In this document: in pieces, positions 28,973 to 37,094 of the stretch
How positions within the stretch are numbered: the first letter of the stretch is position 1
How the letters are laid out: each line of letters opens with the position of its first letter
DNA from: Candidatus Calescibacterium sp.
GTDB lineage: Bacteria > DRYD01
Direction of reading: 5' to 3'
Assembly (NCBI GenBank): GCA_025059235.1
Contig: JANXCV010000004.1
Location: 3,109-67,108 of the forward strand
DNA: 64,000 nt
Notes under the pieces: model-generated
The model's input: only the letters and a program-made list of their open reading frames with translations
Databases searched by the model: none
Told to the model about the DNA's origin: nothing
Position numbers and translations under genes: made by a program

Positions 28973-30310
28973 ATGAATATATACGAGATTTTGCGTAAAA
29001 AGAGAATGGGAAATTCGCTAAAACCACAAGAAATTGATTTCATGATAAAGGGGTATTACAAGGGCGATATCCCTGATTATCAGATGGCTTCATTATTAAC
29101 AAGTATTGCTATACACGGGATGGATGAAGATGAGTTATTTAATTTTACCAAGTCCATGATTGACACCGGACTGGTTATGGATTTTTCAGATATTGATGGA
29201 GTAAAGATAGATAAACATTCTACCGGTGGAGTCGGTGATACTGTGAGCTTGATAGTTATTCCGATACTTGCTTGTCTAGGTTATAGAGTTCCTAAGTTAT
29301 CTGGTAGAGCTTTGGGACATACTGGAGGTACTATAGATAAATTGGAGTCTATACCCAATATGAGAACGAGTTTAAATCTACAAGAGATGAAAAATTCGTT
29401 GAAGAGTGTGGGAGCTTTCATTTGTCAACCTTTGGATTTAGCTCCTGCAGATAAGAAGATATATGCTCTTAGAGATGTTACTGCTAATGTTGAAAGTATT
29501 CCATTAATAGCTTCGAGCATAATGAGTAAAAAGATTGCTGTAAATTCGGATGTTATCATTTTGGATGTCAAAGTAGGTAATGGAGCTTTCATGAGAGAGT
29601 ATGAAGATGCTCTGGAACTAGCAAGAGCTATGCTTACCATTGCGAAAAAGTTTAATAAAATTTCTGCTGTTTTGATAACTGATATGAATGAACCCTTGAA
29701 TAAATATATTGGTAACTATCTCGAGGTTATGTCAGCCATAGATTTTCTTAAGGGAAACTACGACAATTATCCAAAACTTAAGAAGATTTGCTTTAGTATT
29801 GTAAATGTTGCTAAATATGTTCTTGAAAATTTTGAAAAACTAAAACTAAATGAAGAACTGAAAGAACTTGCTATTAATCAGGATTTTACAGAGATACAGA
29901 AAATGATAGAAAATGGGGAAACGATAAATAAATTTAGGGAAATTATTCAAAATCAGGGAGGTGATGTAAAGGTAATTGATGATCCTTACCATTACTTTAA
30001 TCCTAAGGTAGAGTATTCTTTTTACTCTTCAGCAGACGGTTATATTTATTTTGATACGTATTTAATTGGTTTGGCGGCTGGGGAGTTAGGATTGAGCAGA
30101 AAAAGCCTGTTAGATACCGTTGATAACAATGCTGGAATAATTTTGGAAAAGAGAGCGGGTGAATTTGTTAAGAGTGGAGAGTTGATAATGAAGCTTTTTG
30201 CAAGGGATATGCAGTCACTTGAGAATTCCCTGGGTATCTTGGAGAAAGCCGTAAAGTTTTCCAACACACCTATTGAATATAAAGACATATATTCTGTCAT
30301 CTTAAACTAG
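28973..30310 (+). CDS. pdp: Pyrimidine-nucleoside (thymidine) phosphorylase
   Basis: DKHSTGGVGD, GRALGHTGGTIDKLE, 445 aa. Confidence 0.9.
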   Translation: MNIYEILRKKRMGNSLKPQEIDFMIKGYYKGDIPDYQMASLLTSIAIHGMDEDELFNFTKSMIDTGLVMDFSDIDGVKIDKHSTGGVGDTVSLIVIPILACLGYRVPKLSGRALGHTGGTIDKLESIPNMRTSLNLQEMKNSLKSVGAFICQPLDLAPADKKIYALRDVTANVESIPLIASSIMSKKIAVNSDVIILDVKVGNGAFMREYEDALELARAMLTIAKKFNKISAVLITDMNEPLNKYIGNYLEVMSAIDFLKGNYDNYPKLKKICFSIVNVAKYVLENFEKLKLNEELKELAINQDFTEIQKMIENGETINKFREIIQNQGGDVKVIDDPYHYFNPKVEYSFYSSADGYIYFDTYLIGLAAGELGLSRKSLLDTVDNNAGIILEKRAGEFVKSGELIMKLFARDMQSLENSLGILEKAVKFSNTPIEYKDIYSVILN

Positions 30311-30356
30311 AGGAATAGAAAGAGTGCAAGCGGAAATATAATGGGGGGTGAGGAAT

Positions 30357-32048
30357 ATGTTTGCTCTTTTATCTACTTCTATACTAGCAATTATGTACTT
30401 TTTCGTCTTTATACTTACTACTTTGTTAGTTTATTTTGCTGGGATTCATGGGGTGATGGGACTTACGATTTCTTTTATCATCACTTTACTCTTTATTCTG
30501 CTTCAATTTTTTCTGTCTCCTATAGTATATGACGTTATGTTGAGATGGGTTTATAGGTGTAATTTTGTTAATGTTGATGATCTTCCTCCTTCTGTTGCAG
30601 ATTTTGTAAGAAAAACGTTTAATGAGAAGGGAGTCAGATTGCCAAAGATTGGTATAATAGACGACTATACTCCTACGGCTTTTACTTATGGTAATTTTCC
30701 TTCAAATGCAAGAGTTATAATAAGTAAAGGATTGTTAGATATTATGGATGAGGATGAAATTAAAGCTGTGTTGGCTCATGAATTCGGACATATATTCCAC
30801 TATGATTTTGTTTTTATGACACTTGCTGCAATGATACCCATCTTATTGTACTATATTTACAGAATCGCTCTTCAAATGGGTAGATCTTCAAGGAGAAATG
30901 GAGCACCTTTATATATGGTAGCTTTGGTAACTTTGGTTATATACATTATTAGTGAGTATATTGTTTTGTACTTGTCTAGATTGAGAGAGTATTATGCTGA
31001 TAAATTTGCTGCTAATCTGACTATGAATCCTTCTGCTTTGGCTACTGCTTTGATAAAGGTTGGGTATGGGCTACTGGAGAACAAGTATTCTAGTTCAGAT
31101 GAAGAAAAGGTCAGTTTTTATAACTCTCCATTTAAGGTTTTAGGTTTGATGGATGCAAGACAAGCAAAAGGTATTAGTCTTGCTGTTTTGAATTCTGGTG
31201 TTGGAGCTTTGGAAGTTGAGGCTGTGAGTTCGAGAACTGATGCGGGTATTATGAGTTCTGTTGGTAAGGTTATGGCTTGGGATTTATTTAATCCCTGGGC
31301 AAGCATTTTGGAGCTGTCTTCTACTCATCCATTGATAGCTAAAAGAATAAGGAATTTATCGCAAATAGCTAAGGAGCTTGGGGTGCCTTTCAGTATTCAT
31401 TTACCCAAGGATTTACCAAAGGAAGAAGATGGAGGGATTGATTTGAATCCAGGTTCTCTTTGGGACGAGTTTATGGTAGATCTATTTTTCCAATACGCTC
31501 CTCTTATTGGTGGAACATTGGGATTAATAGGTGGTTTAATTTTTGCTTTATTTTCTAATCCTTTTGTTATCTTTTCGCTTGTTTTATGGGGTATTGCTCT
31601 TGGTAGCTTAATCAAGTGGTTTTTTACATACCGGGGAGAATTTAGGGAACACAAGATCGCAGAATTACTCTCTAGAACCAAGGTTTCAATGATAAGATCT
31701 ATTCCTGCTATCATTCGTGGGAGAATAATGGGGAAAGGAATTGCAGGTTATGCTCTTTCTGAAGATGTTACTTTTAAGGACGACACTGGTTTCATCTATG
31801 TAGATTATAGAACAGGAATAGGTCTTGCTGATCTAGCATACGGATTTTTTGTAACAAATAACCTAATAGGTAAACAGGCCATGATTAAGGGATATTTTAG
31901 GAGAGCAATATTCCCTTACTTTGAAGTTGTAGAAATAGTCACTGAAGATGGAAAAAAATACAGATCATACTATAAATACTTGTGGATACTGCTAATATTT
32001 GGGATATTTTTACTTGGGGTAATTACGTTTATTATTTCATTGTTTTAG
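30357..32048 (+). CDS. Long-form M48 (HtpX-like) membrane metalloprotease, copy A
   Basis: Two N-terminal TM helices, HEFGH, REYYADKFA, STHPLIAKRI. Then an extra TM pair, a ~110-aa non-membrane segment and a final TM. ATG at 30357 sits behind the GGTGAGG SD. Confidence 0.85.
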   Translation: MFALLSTSILAIMYFFVFILTTLLVYFAGIHGVMGLTISFIITLLFILLQFFLSPIVYDVMLRWVYRCNFVNVDDLPPSVADFVRKTFNEKGVRLPKIGIIDDYTPTAFTYGNFPSNARVIISKGLLDIMDEDEIKAVLAHEFGHIFHYDFVFMTLAAMIPILLYYIYRIALQMGRSSRRNGAPLYMVALVTLVIYIISEYIVLYLSRLREYYADKFAANLTMNPSALATALIKVGYGLLENKYSSSDEEKVSFYNSPFKVLGLMDARQAKGISLAVLNSGVGALEVEAVSSRTDAGIMSSVGKVMAWDLFNPWASILELSSTHPLIAKRIRNLSQIAKELGVPFSIHLPKDLPKEEDGGIDLNPGSLWDEFMVDLFFQYAPLIGGTLGLIGGLIFALFSNPFVIFSLVLWGIALGSLIKWFFTYRGEFREHKIAELLSRTKVSMIRSIPAIIRGRIMGKGIAGYALSEDVTFKDDTGFIYVDYRTGIGLADLAYGFFVTNNLIGKQAMIKGYFRRAIFPYFEVVEIVTEDGKKYRSYYKYLWILLIFGIFLLGVITFIISLF

Positions 32049-32051
32049 GAG

Positions 32052-33830
32052 ATGTACTATCTAGCTTCTATCTTGTATTTTCTTTTTACTGTGTTTTTGC
32101 CAGTGGTTTTATGTGTTATTTGTGGATTTTTTATGCTTGTTTCTTCGGTTTCAATCTCTTTGCATTTAGGATTGGAAGATAGTATATTTTATATTGCAAT
32201 TTTTGTGTTATATTTTTGTTTTTTCAGTTCTTTTCCTATTTCGATACTTTTACTGCTGATAATTCCTTGGTCTTATGATAATATTTTAAGGATATATTAT
32301 AAATACAATTTTGTTGGGGTAGATGATTTGCCTGCTTCTGTTGCAAAATTAATAAGGGAAAATTTTGAGAGAAGGGGCAAGAGATTACCCAAAATTGGGA
32401 TAATACAGAGCCCCAACATGATCTGTTTCAGTTACGGTATTTCGTTTTCTAGTTTAAGAATTTTTTTAAGTCAGGGGTTGATAGATGGGTTGGATGAAGA
32501 AGAACTGAAAGCAGTTGTAGCTCATGAATTAGGACACATATTTAGATTTTATGATTTTGTGTTTTTGACTCTTTGTGCCGGAGTACCTAATTTGGTTTAT
32601 GCTCTTACAAGTAAGTTTGTTATTTTTTCCATTATGGGAGATGTTATAACTATTGGTTCTAGGAGAAGTATTCTGAGTGTGATAGCAGGTATTATATTTG
32701 GTGTTATAGCTTTTGTAGTGGGTTATTTGTTATATATTTTCGTGGAGCGTCCTCTTTGTTATATTTCGAGGTTAAGGGAACATGGTGCTGATAAGTTTGT
32801 TATTGATTTAACTAGAAATCCAGTTGCTTTGGTAAATGCTCTTATCAAAATAGCAAATAGTTCTGTTAAGGTTAGGTACAGTGTAGAGGTTGAGCCTGAG
32901 ACTGATTCTTATCGTGAATTTTTTACTAATTTTGGAAGAAGTCCGTTCAGATTTTTCAGTCTTGTTGATATTCAAAAGCAATCGACTAGTATATCCCTTG
33001 CTGTTATGAATTCAAAAGACAAGAGTAATTTGGTTGGGGAAGTTTTAAAGTTTCTGAATTGGGAATTTTTGAATCCATGGGGTAAATTCCTTGAATCTTA
33101 TCTTAGCCATCCCAGGTTTCTAGAGAGAGTAAAAAGAATATGTGATTATTCCAGGAATTTAAACATTTCGTTTAATATTCAGATTCCTAGCGGTTCTTCG
33201 GGAATATCTTATATGATTTTTGTCAAGGAGTACCTTCTTGACAGAGCACCAATAATTATCGGGCTTGTCCTTTTGGCTGTAGGAATTGCATGGATTAGTT
33301 TTTTCAAGATCCTAAAATTTTGGCATTTTCTGCTCTTGCTCCCTTTGCTTTTTATAGGATTTTCCCTTGGTAGCCTGATTAAACTATTTTATAGCTATCG
33401 AGGAAAGTTTTCAAGTAAAAAAATATCAGATCTATGGAGTGAATACACTGTTTCTCCTATTGCTGGTATTCCTGTTATAATTGAGGGAAAGATGGTGGAG
33501 AAAGATTATTCAACATCTCTAATTTTCCCAACCACGTTTTTTATAGAGGATGAAACTGGTTGTATCCCTCTATTTTTTAAGACGGGGACATGGATTACTG
33601 ATATATTTTATCGTATGTTTGTTTTGTCAAAACTTAAAGATAAGAATGTTACACTTAAAGGATATTACAGGAGAAACGATTTGCCGTATATAGAAGTTAT
33701 AGAAATAATGCACGAAAGAAAGAAACATAGACCTAAGTTTAAATTGGTTTGGTTCTTATGTATGTTGATAATGCTCTTATTAGCTTCTGTTATTCAGGTA
33801 TTTTTGCTTCCCTTTGTCTTTATTTTTTAG
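32052..33830 (+). CDS. Long-form M48 (HtpX-like) membrane metalloprotease, copy B
   Basis: Collinear with copy A: VDDLPASVA, HELGH, REHGADKFV, SHPRFLERV and the same C-terminal TM / soluble / TM layout. 3-nt spacer from copy A. Confidence 0.85.
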   Translation: MYYLASILYFLFTVFLPVVLCVICGFFMLVSSVSISLHLGLEDSIFYIAIFVLYFCFFSSFPISILLLLIIPWSYDNILRIYYKYNFVGVDDLPASVAKLIRENFERRGKRLPKIGIIQSPNMICFSYGISFSSLRIFLSQGLIDGLDEEELKAVVAHELGHIFRFYDFVFLTLCAGVPNLVYALTSKFVIFSIMGDVITIGSRRSILSVIAGIIFGVIAFVVGYLLYIFVERPLCYISRLREHGADKFVIDLTRNPVALVNALIKIANSSVKVRYSVEVEPETDSYREFFTNFGRSPFRFFSLVDIQKQSTSISLAVMNSKDKSNLVGEVLKFLNWEFLNPWGKFLESYLSHPRFLERVKRICDYSRNLNISFNIQIPSGSSGISYMIFVKEYLLDRAPIIIGLVLLAVGIAWISFFKILKFWHFLLLLPLLFIGFSLGSLIKLFYSYRGKFSSKKISDLWSEYTVSPIAGIPVIIEGKMVEKDYSTSLIFPTTFFIEDETGCIPLFFKTGTWITDIFYRMFVLSKLKDKNVTLKGYYRRNDLPYIEVIEIMHERKKHRPKFKLVWFLCMLIMLLLASVIQVFLLPFVFIF

Positions 33831-33988
33831 TTATCTAATTTTGAAACCTATTCTTTATGTACTCTTTTAATATTTTCAATCTCTTATGGGTAATTTGAAA
33901 AACCGTTTTGCTGATTATAGAGGGGTAGAAATTCTTCCGAAAGGGTATAATCTTCCATCGATATCAGATAGGGGCAAAAATACCCCAA

Positions 33989-34024
33989 AAAATGTAAAGA
34001 TAGAGAAAAATGTAAAGATAGAGA
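33989..34024. repeat. Perfect 18-bp tandem duplication (2 copies)
   Basis: aaaatgtaaagatagaga occurs at 33989-34006 and again at 34007-34024. Confidence 0.9.
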
Positions 34025-34520
34025 GTTTTTTTCTTACTTTCCCAATCACCTGTCTATCAGTCTTAAAAGTTCAAAGTTTGTGACGAAGCTTAATGATTAT
34101 ATATACAAAAATATAGACAAAAATCAATAAAATGGGCTTTAAAGATGATCTGATATATAACATAGCCTAATATGTTGTTACCAATCCCTCGTATATTTTC
34201 AAAAGCTGGTTTTTATCTATAGACTCCAATTATTTTTCCAGTTTAAATGTCAGGGGGGAGTGAGTTAAGAGCTGAATAAATGTATCATGATTGTCGATAA
34301 GACGTATTATGCTTATAAGCTTTATACTAAGGGTAAGTATTATTTTTATCTCGTCCAATACAGGATTATTGGGCTTCTGCATATAAGATCTAATCACATG
34401 AGAAAACTAAACCCCGAACTATTTGAAGACATATATAGGAAAACAAATAAGCAGGTAGTCTTATTGGTAGACCAAGTTTGAATCACTTATAAATTCAGAA
34501 TAGGAACTATAAGCAGTATT

Positions 34521-34946
34521 TCAAAGGATATTCTCGGAAAGATGAGAAAGCATATAACCTGTTCGATGTTTTTCTTCACCTTTGGGAGAGACAATTTTTT
34601 CCTTTTTAGTTTGAAACCGAAACTTCATCATTTTCAATAATAGTTCTACAAGAAAAACAGTTTTGCATTCCTGAATTAGAAAGGATGTATTTTTCATAGA
34701 AATTGTTAGAATCATTTGATATTTGAAAAATAGAGTTAGAAGCCTTTTGGATATCTTACAATCAAAGAGCATTTTGTTAAAAATAACAAAACATGAGATA
34801 TTCTTTCTTATCCTGATCTAAGAAGATAGAACTTCTTTAAATGATAGCTTATCTTCTCTTTTTGTAGCTTCAACATCTTCCAATTTAATGGTATACTTGG
34901 GACTTTTGGATATGAGGGTTTTTAATACATTATGTTTTATGTCTTC
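34521..34946 (-). pseudogene. Possible gene remnant: one reading frame split by an in-frame TAG
   Basis: The frame of track ORF 34521..34772 stays open upstream to 34946 except for a single TAG (complement of 34818-34820). The product is not recognisable. Confidence 0.3.
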
Positions 34947-35286
34947 TTAGTTTCTAAGGGATTAAATTTTGTAATAGAAGATGCATCTTCCACTGGTAAT
35001 ATTGATCTAAAGGTTGTATATCAAAGCACAGCATATATTTTCAAAATCTAGAAATGTTAAGTACTTTTAGATTCAAAGAATCAGATGATTAGTATGAATA
35101 TAGGTAAGATAATTGAGCTTGGAATATGCAGATAAATTTTTGATAATATTGAGGTCTCAACTATAGATTAGCAAAAGTAATTTACTGAGTACTTTTGATT
35201 ATGAAGTAAGGATTTTTTTAGAAATAGCTTATACAAAATCAGTTTCAGCAGATAAAATAACAGATCACGGATATTTTAAAATAACA

Positions 35287-35344
35287 ATACCCCAGTATTA
35301 TTTGAAGAATTAGAAGTTTTTCAAATTACTTCTTTGTGGGGTAT
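35287..35344. other. Long imperfect hairpin
   Basis: ATACCCCA (35287-94) is complementary to TGGGGTAT (35337-44). It encloses an inner stem AGAAGT/ACTTCT around TTTTCAAATT. Flanked by A/T runs. Confidence 0.5.
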
Positions 35345-35637
35345 AAAAATATATCTTTTTTGTATTATTAATCTTGAATATCTTGTAGATTGTTATTGGA
35401 GAGAATGTTTTTATATACAATTTTAAAATATAAGAGGATTCTGGAGAAAGTAAAGAATTTAAAGATTCTATTTTGTAGCTGGAATTCCTATCTTTATCAC
35501 CTTTCTGTTAAGCTATTAGGGGACTGTTATTTTATTCTATTTAATTTATTCTATTCTATATTTTGCGCTTTCTTCTTTTACTGAATCATAATCATTGTTT
35601 ATTTTACAGAACTAATGCTTTTTTATTTTTCAGCTAA

Positions 35638-36537
35638 CTATGCTCTCATTTCCATTTTGTATTGGTGATAATAGGTTAGTACTTTTCTTACGTATGTTTG
35701 TGTTTCTTTGAATGGGGGTATACCGCCGTATTTTTTGACGTTACCTGGCCCTGCGTTATAAGCTGCTAGTGCTAGATCTATTCTACCTCCGAACATGTCA
35801 AGCATTTGCCTTAAATACTTTGCTCCACCCATTATGTTTTGTACTGGGTCCCATGGGTTAGTTACCCCGACTGATCTTGCTGTTCCTGGCATGAGTTGCA
35901 TCAATCCCATTGCTCCAGCATGAGATCTAGCATAGACATTGAATCCACTTTCTTGTTTTATTACTGCTTTTATTAAAGCTGGATCAAGGTTATATTTTTG
36001 TGCTGCTTGCAGTATTATCTGATCTATATGGTTCTTAGGGGTAAACTTATTGAATCCGGGATTTTGGAGAGCAGAAAGGTAGGGCTGCATGTTTCCTGGG
36101 AACCCCATATGATTAAAGCTCATGGGGAAGCCTTGGAAACCGGCAAATCCAGGGAATCCTCCTTGTAACCCACCCACTAACGGAAATCCATTCATGCTTC
36201 CAGGATTACTGACGTTGCTAGCTAAGATTGTTAACAAAATTTGTAGTAGCATTATCATTAGCTGATTATTCGGATTTAATGTCGAATGAAGGTTATTATG
36301 GAAGGGGAATCCTATTGAGAATGGACTTCCAATACTTAGACTTCCTATTATTCCTCCCAACAATCCACCTAATGTAGCTGCCATCAAAATATTTGATAAA
36401 TTTGGTGTTGTATATGAATGATAAAAACTATCGTTTATACTAAACGTACTATATGTAGAAATCGTTAATGGTGAGAGGGTACTTATAGATGATAGATTAA
36501 AATTATAAGAACTCCCAACTAGACTGATCCCAAACAT
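35638..36537 (-). CDS. Lytic transglycosylase (SLT domain), paralogue 2, with low-complexity N-terminal half
   Basis: [22 protein letters not shown] and [23 protein letters not shown]. The N-terminal ~190 aa are rich in S/T then G/F/P ([13 protein letters not shown]). Start moved to the ATG at 36537, 8 nt after the GGAGG. Confidence 0.85.
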   Translation of the reverse strand: MFGISLVGSSYNFNLSSISTLSPLTISTYSTFSINDSFYHSYTTPNLSNILMAATLGGLLGGIIGSLSIGSPFSIGFPFHNNLHSTLNPNNQLMIMLLQILLTILASNVSNPGSMNGFPLVGGLQGGFPGFAGFQGFPMSFNHMGFPGNMQPYLSALQNPGFNKFTPKNHIDQIILQAAQKYNLDPALIKAVIKQESGFNVYARSHAGAMGLMQLMPGTARSVGVTNPWDPVQNIMGGAKYLRQMLDMFGGRIDLALAAYNAGPGNVKKYGGIPPFKETQTYVRKVLTYYHQYKMEMRA

Positions 36538-36724
36538 TACCATTACCTCCTTCTTTTTGTTTGATTCTTTGTTATATAAAATATATACACGAAAGGGGAA
36601 AATTAAATACACAGATTGTTAAACTTTGTTAAAAAAAGATTAAAGGTTTTAAATTTTTTTAAAAAGATAGTAATCCAAAACCATTTTGATAAGTCTAACG
36701 TAGTAGTGGATCTACCTCCTGATT

Positions 36725-36754
36725 TATCTAAAATTACAAATTATAAGTATATAT
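36725..36754 (+). repeat. 30-bp direct repeat, copy 1
   Basis: tatctaaaattacaaattataagtatatat, identical to 37014-37043. Confidence 0.95.
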
Positions 36755-36761
36755 AGATGGG

Positions 36762-37094
36762 GTGGTGTATGAAGTATGGTTTACCTATGGTAGCATGCAT
36801 GAGGCAAAGGCTTACAAGATAAGAAAGGCGAAGAGTGGTTGGTTTAGGAATTTGGTAGGGCTTGCTGAGGTGTATGGAGATAGAGAATACAAGGAAGACA
36901 AGTCCATAATGCAGGTGGTAGAGGGTATGATAAGCTGTGTGAAGAGTTTCAATGCTGTAAGTAGGTGGAGAAAGGGTATAACTAAGATGCTATGGCTAAT
37001 TTCTCACCCAACGTATCTAAAATTACAAATTATAAGTATATATTACTTTGAGATATCTGATCTTATTGCTTTTGCAGATTGTTATTTTCTTTGA
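36762..37094 (+). CDS. Doubtful ORF spanning the G-rich segment and repeat copy 2
   Basis: 110-codon GTG-initiated ORF with no SD. Its codon choice is richer in G-ending codons (AAG, GAG, GTG, AGG) than its neighbours, and its tail runs through the repeat and into the secretin 3' end. Confidence 0.25.
   Translation: MVYEVWFTYGSMHEAKAYKIRKAKSGWFRNLVGLAEVYGDREYKEDKSIMQVVEGMISCVKSFNAVSRWRKGITKMLWLISHPTYLKLQIISIYYFEISDLIAFADCYFL
37014..37043 (+). repeat. 30-bp direct repeat, copy 2
   Basis: Identical to 36725-36754. The copies start 289 bp apart. Confidence 0.95.

Larger units (their letters stand above)
33831..35637. other. ORF-poor AT-rich region (no convincing gene)
   Basis: 1,807 bp in which the longest track ORF is 83 codons. 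Only short fragments occur on both strands, and there is no G+C enrichment. Confidence 0.8.

Noticed and set aside
30341-30532. Track ORF 30341..30532 and the GTG start at 30348
   Set aside because: The ORF is in the wrong frame overlapping the M48-A N-terminus. The ATG at 30357 is better placed behind the GGTGAGG SD.
33831-35637. CRISPR array or replication origin in the ORF-poor gap
   Set aside because: There are no regularly spaced direct repeats; the GTTTGAAT.. and GTTTCTAA.. look-alikes at 34476 and 34950 are only about 50% similar and 474 bp apart. There is no cluster of TTATCCACA-type boxes and no dnaA or dnaN nearby.
36755-37013. Known structured RNAs (tmRNA, RNase P, 6S, SRP, group II intron 5' end) in the G-rich segment
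   Set aside because: None of the signature sequences is present (GAGGAAAGUCC, a tRNA-like ..UCCACCA end, an SRP GNAR/AGCA motif, GUGYG). The extreme G>C skew leaves too few C residues for a conventional G-C-paired fold.
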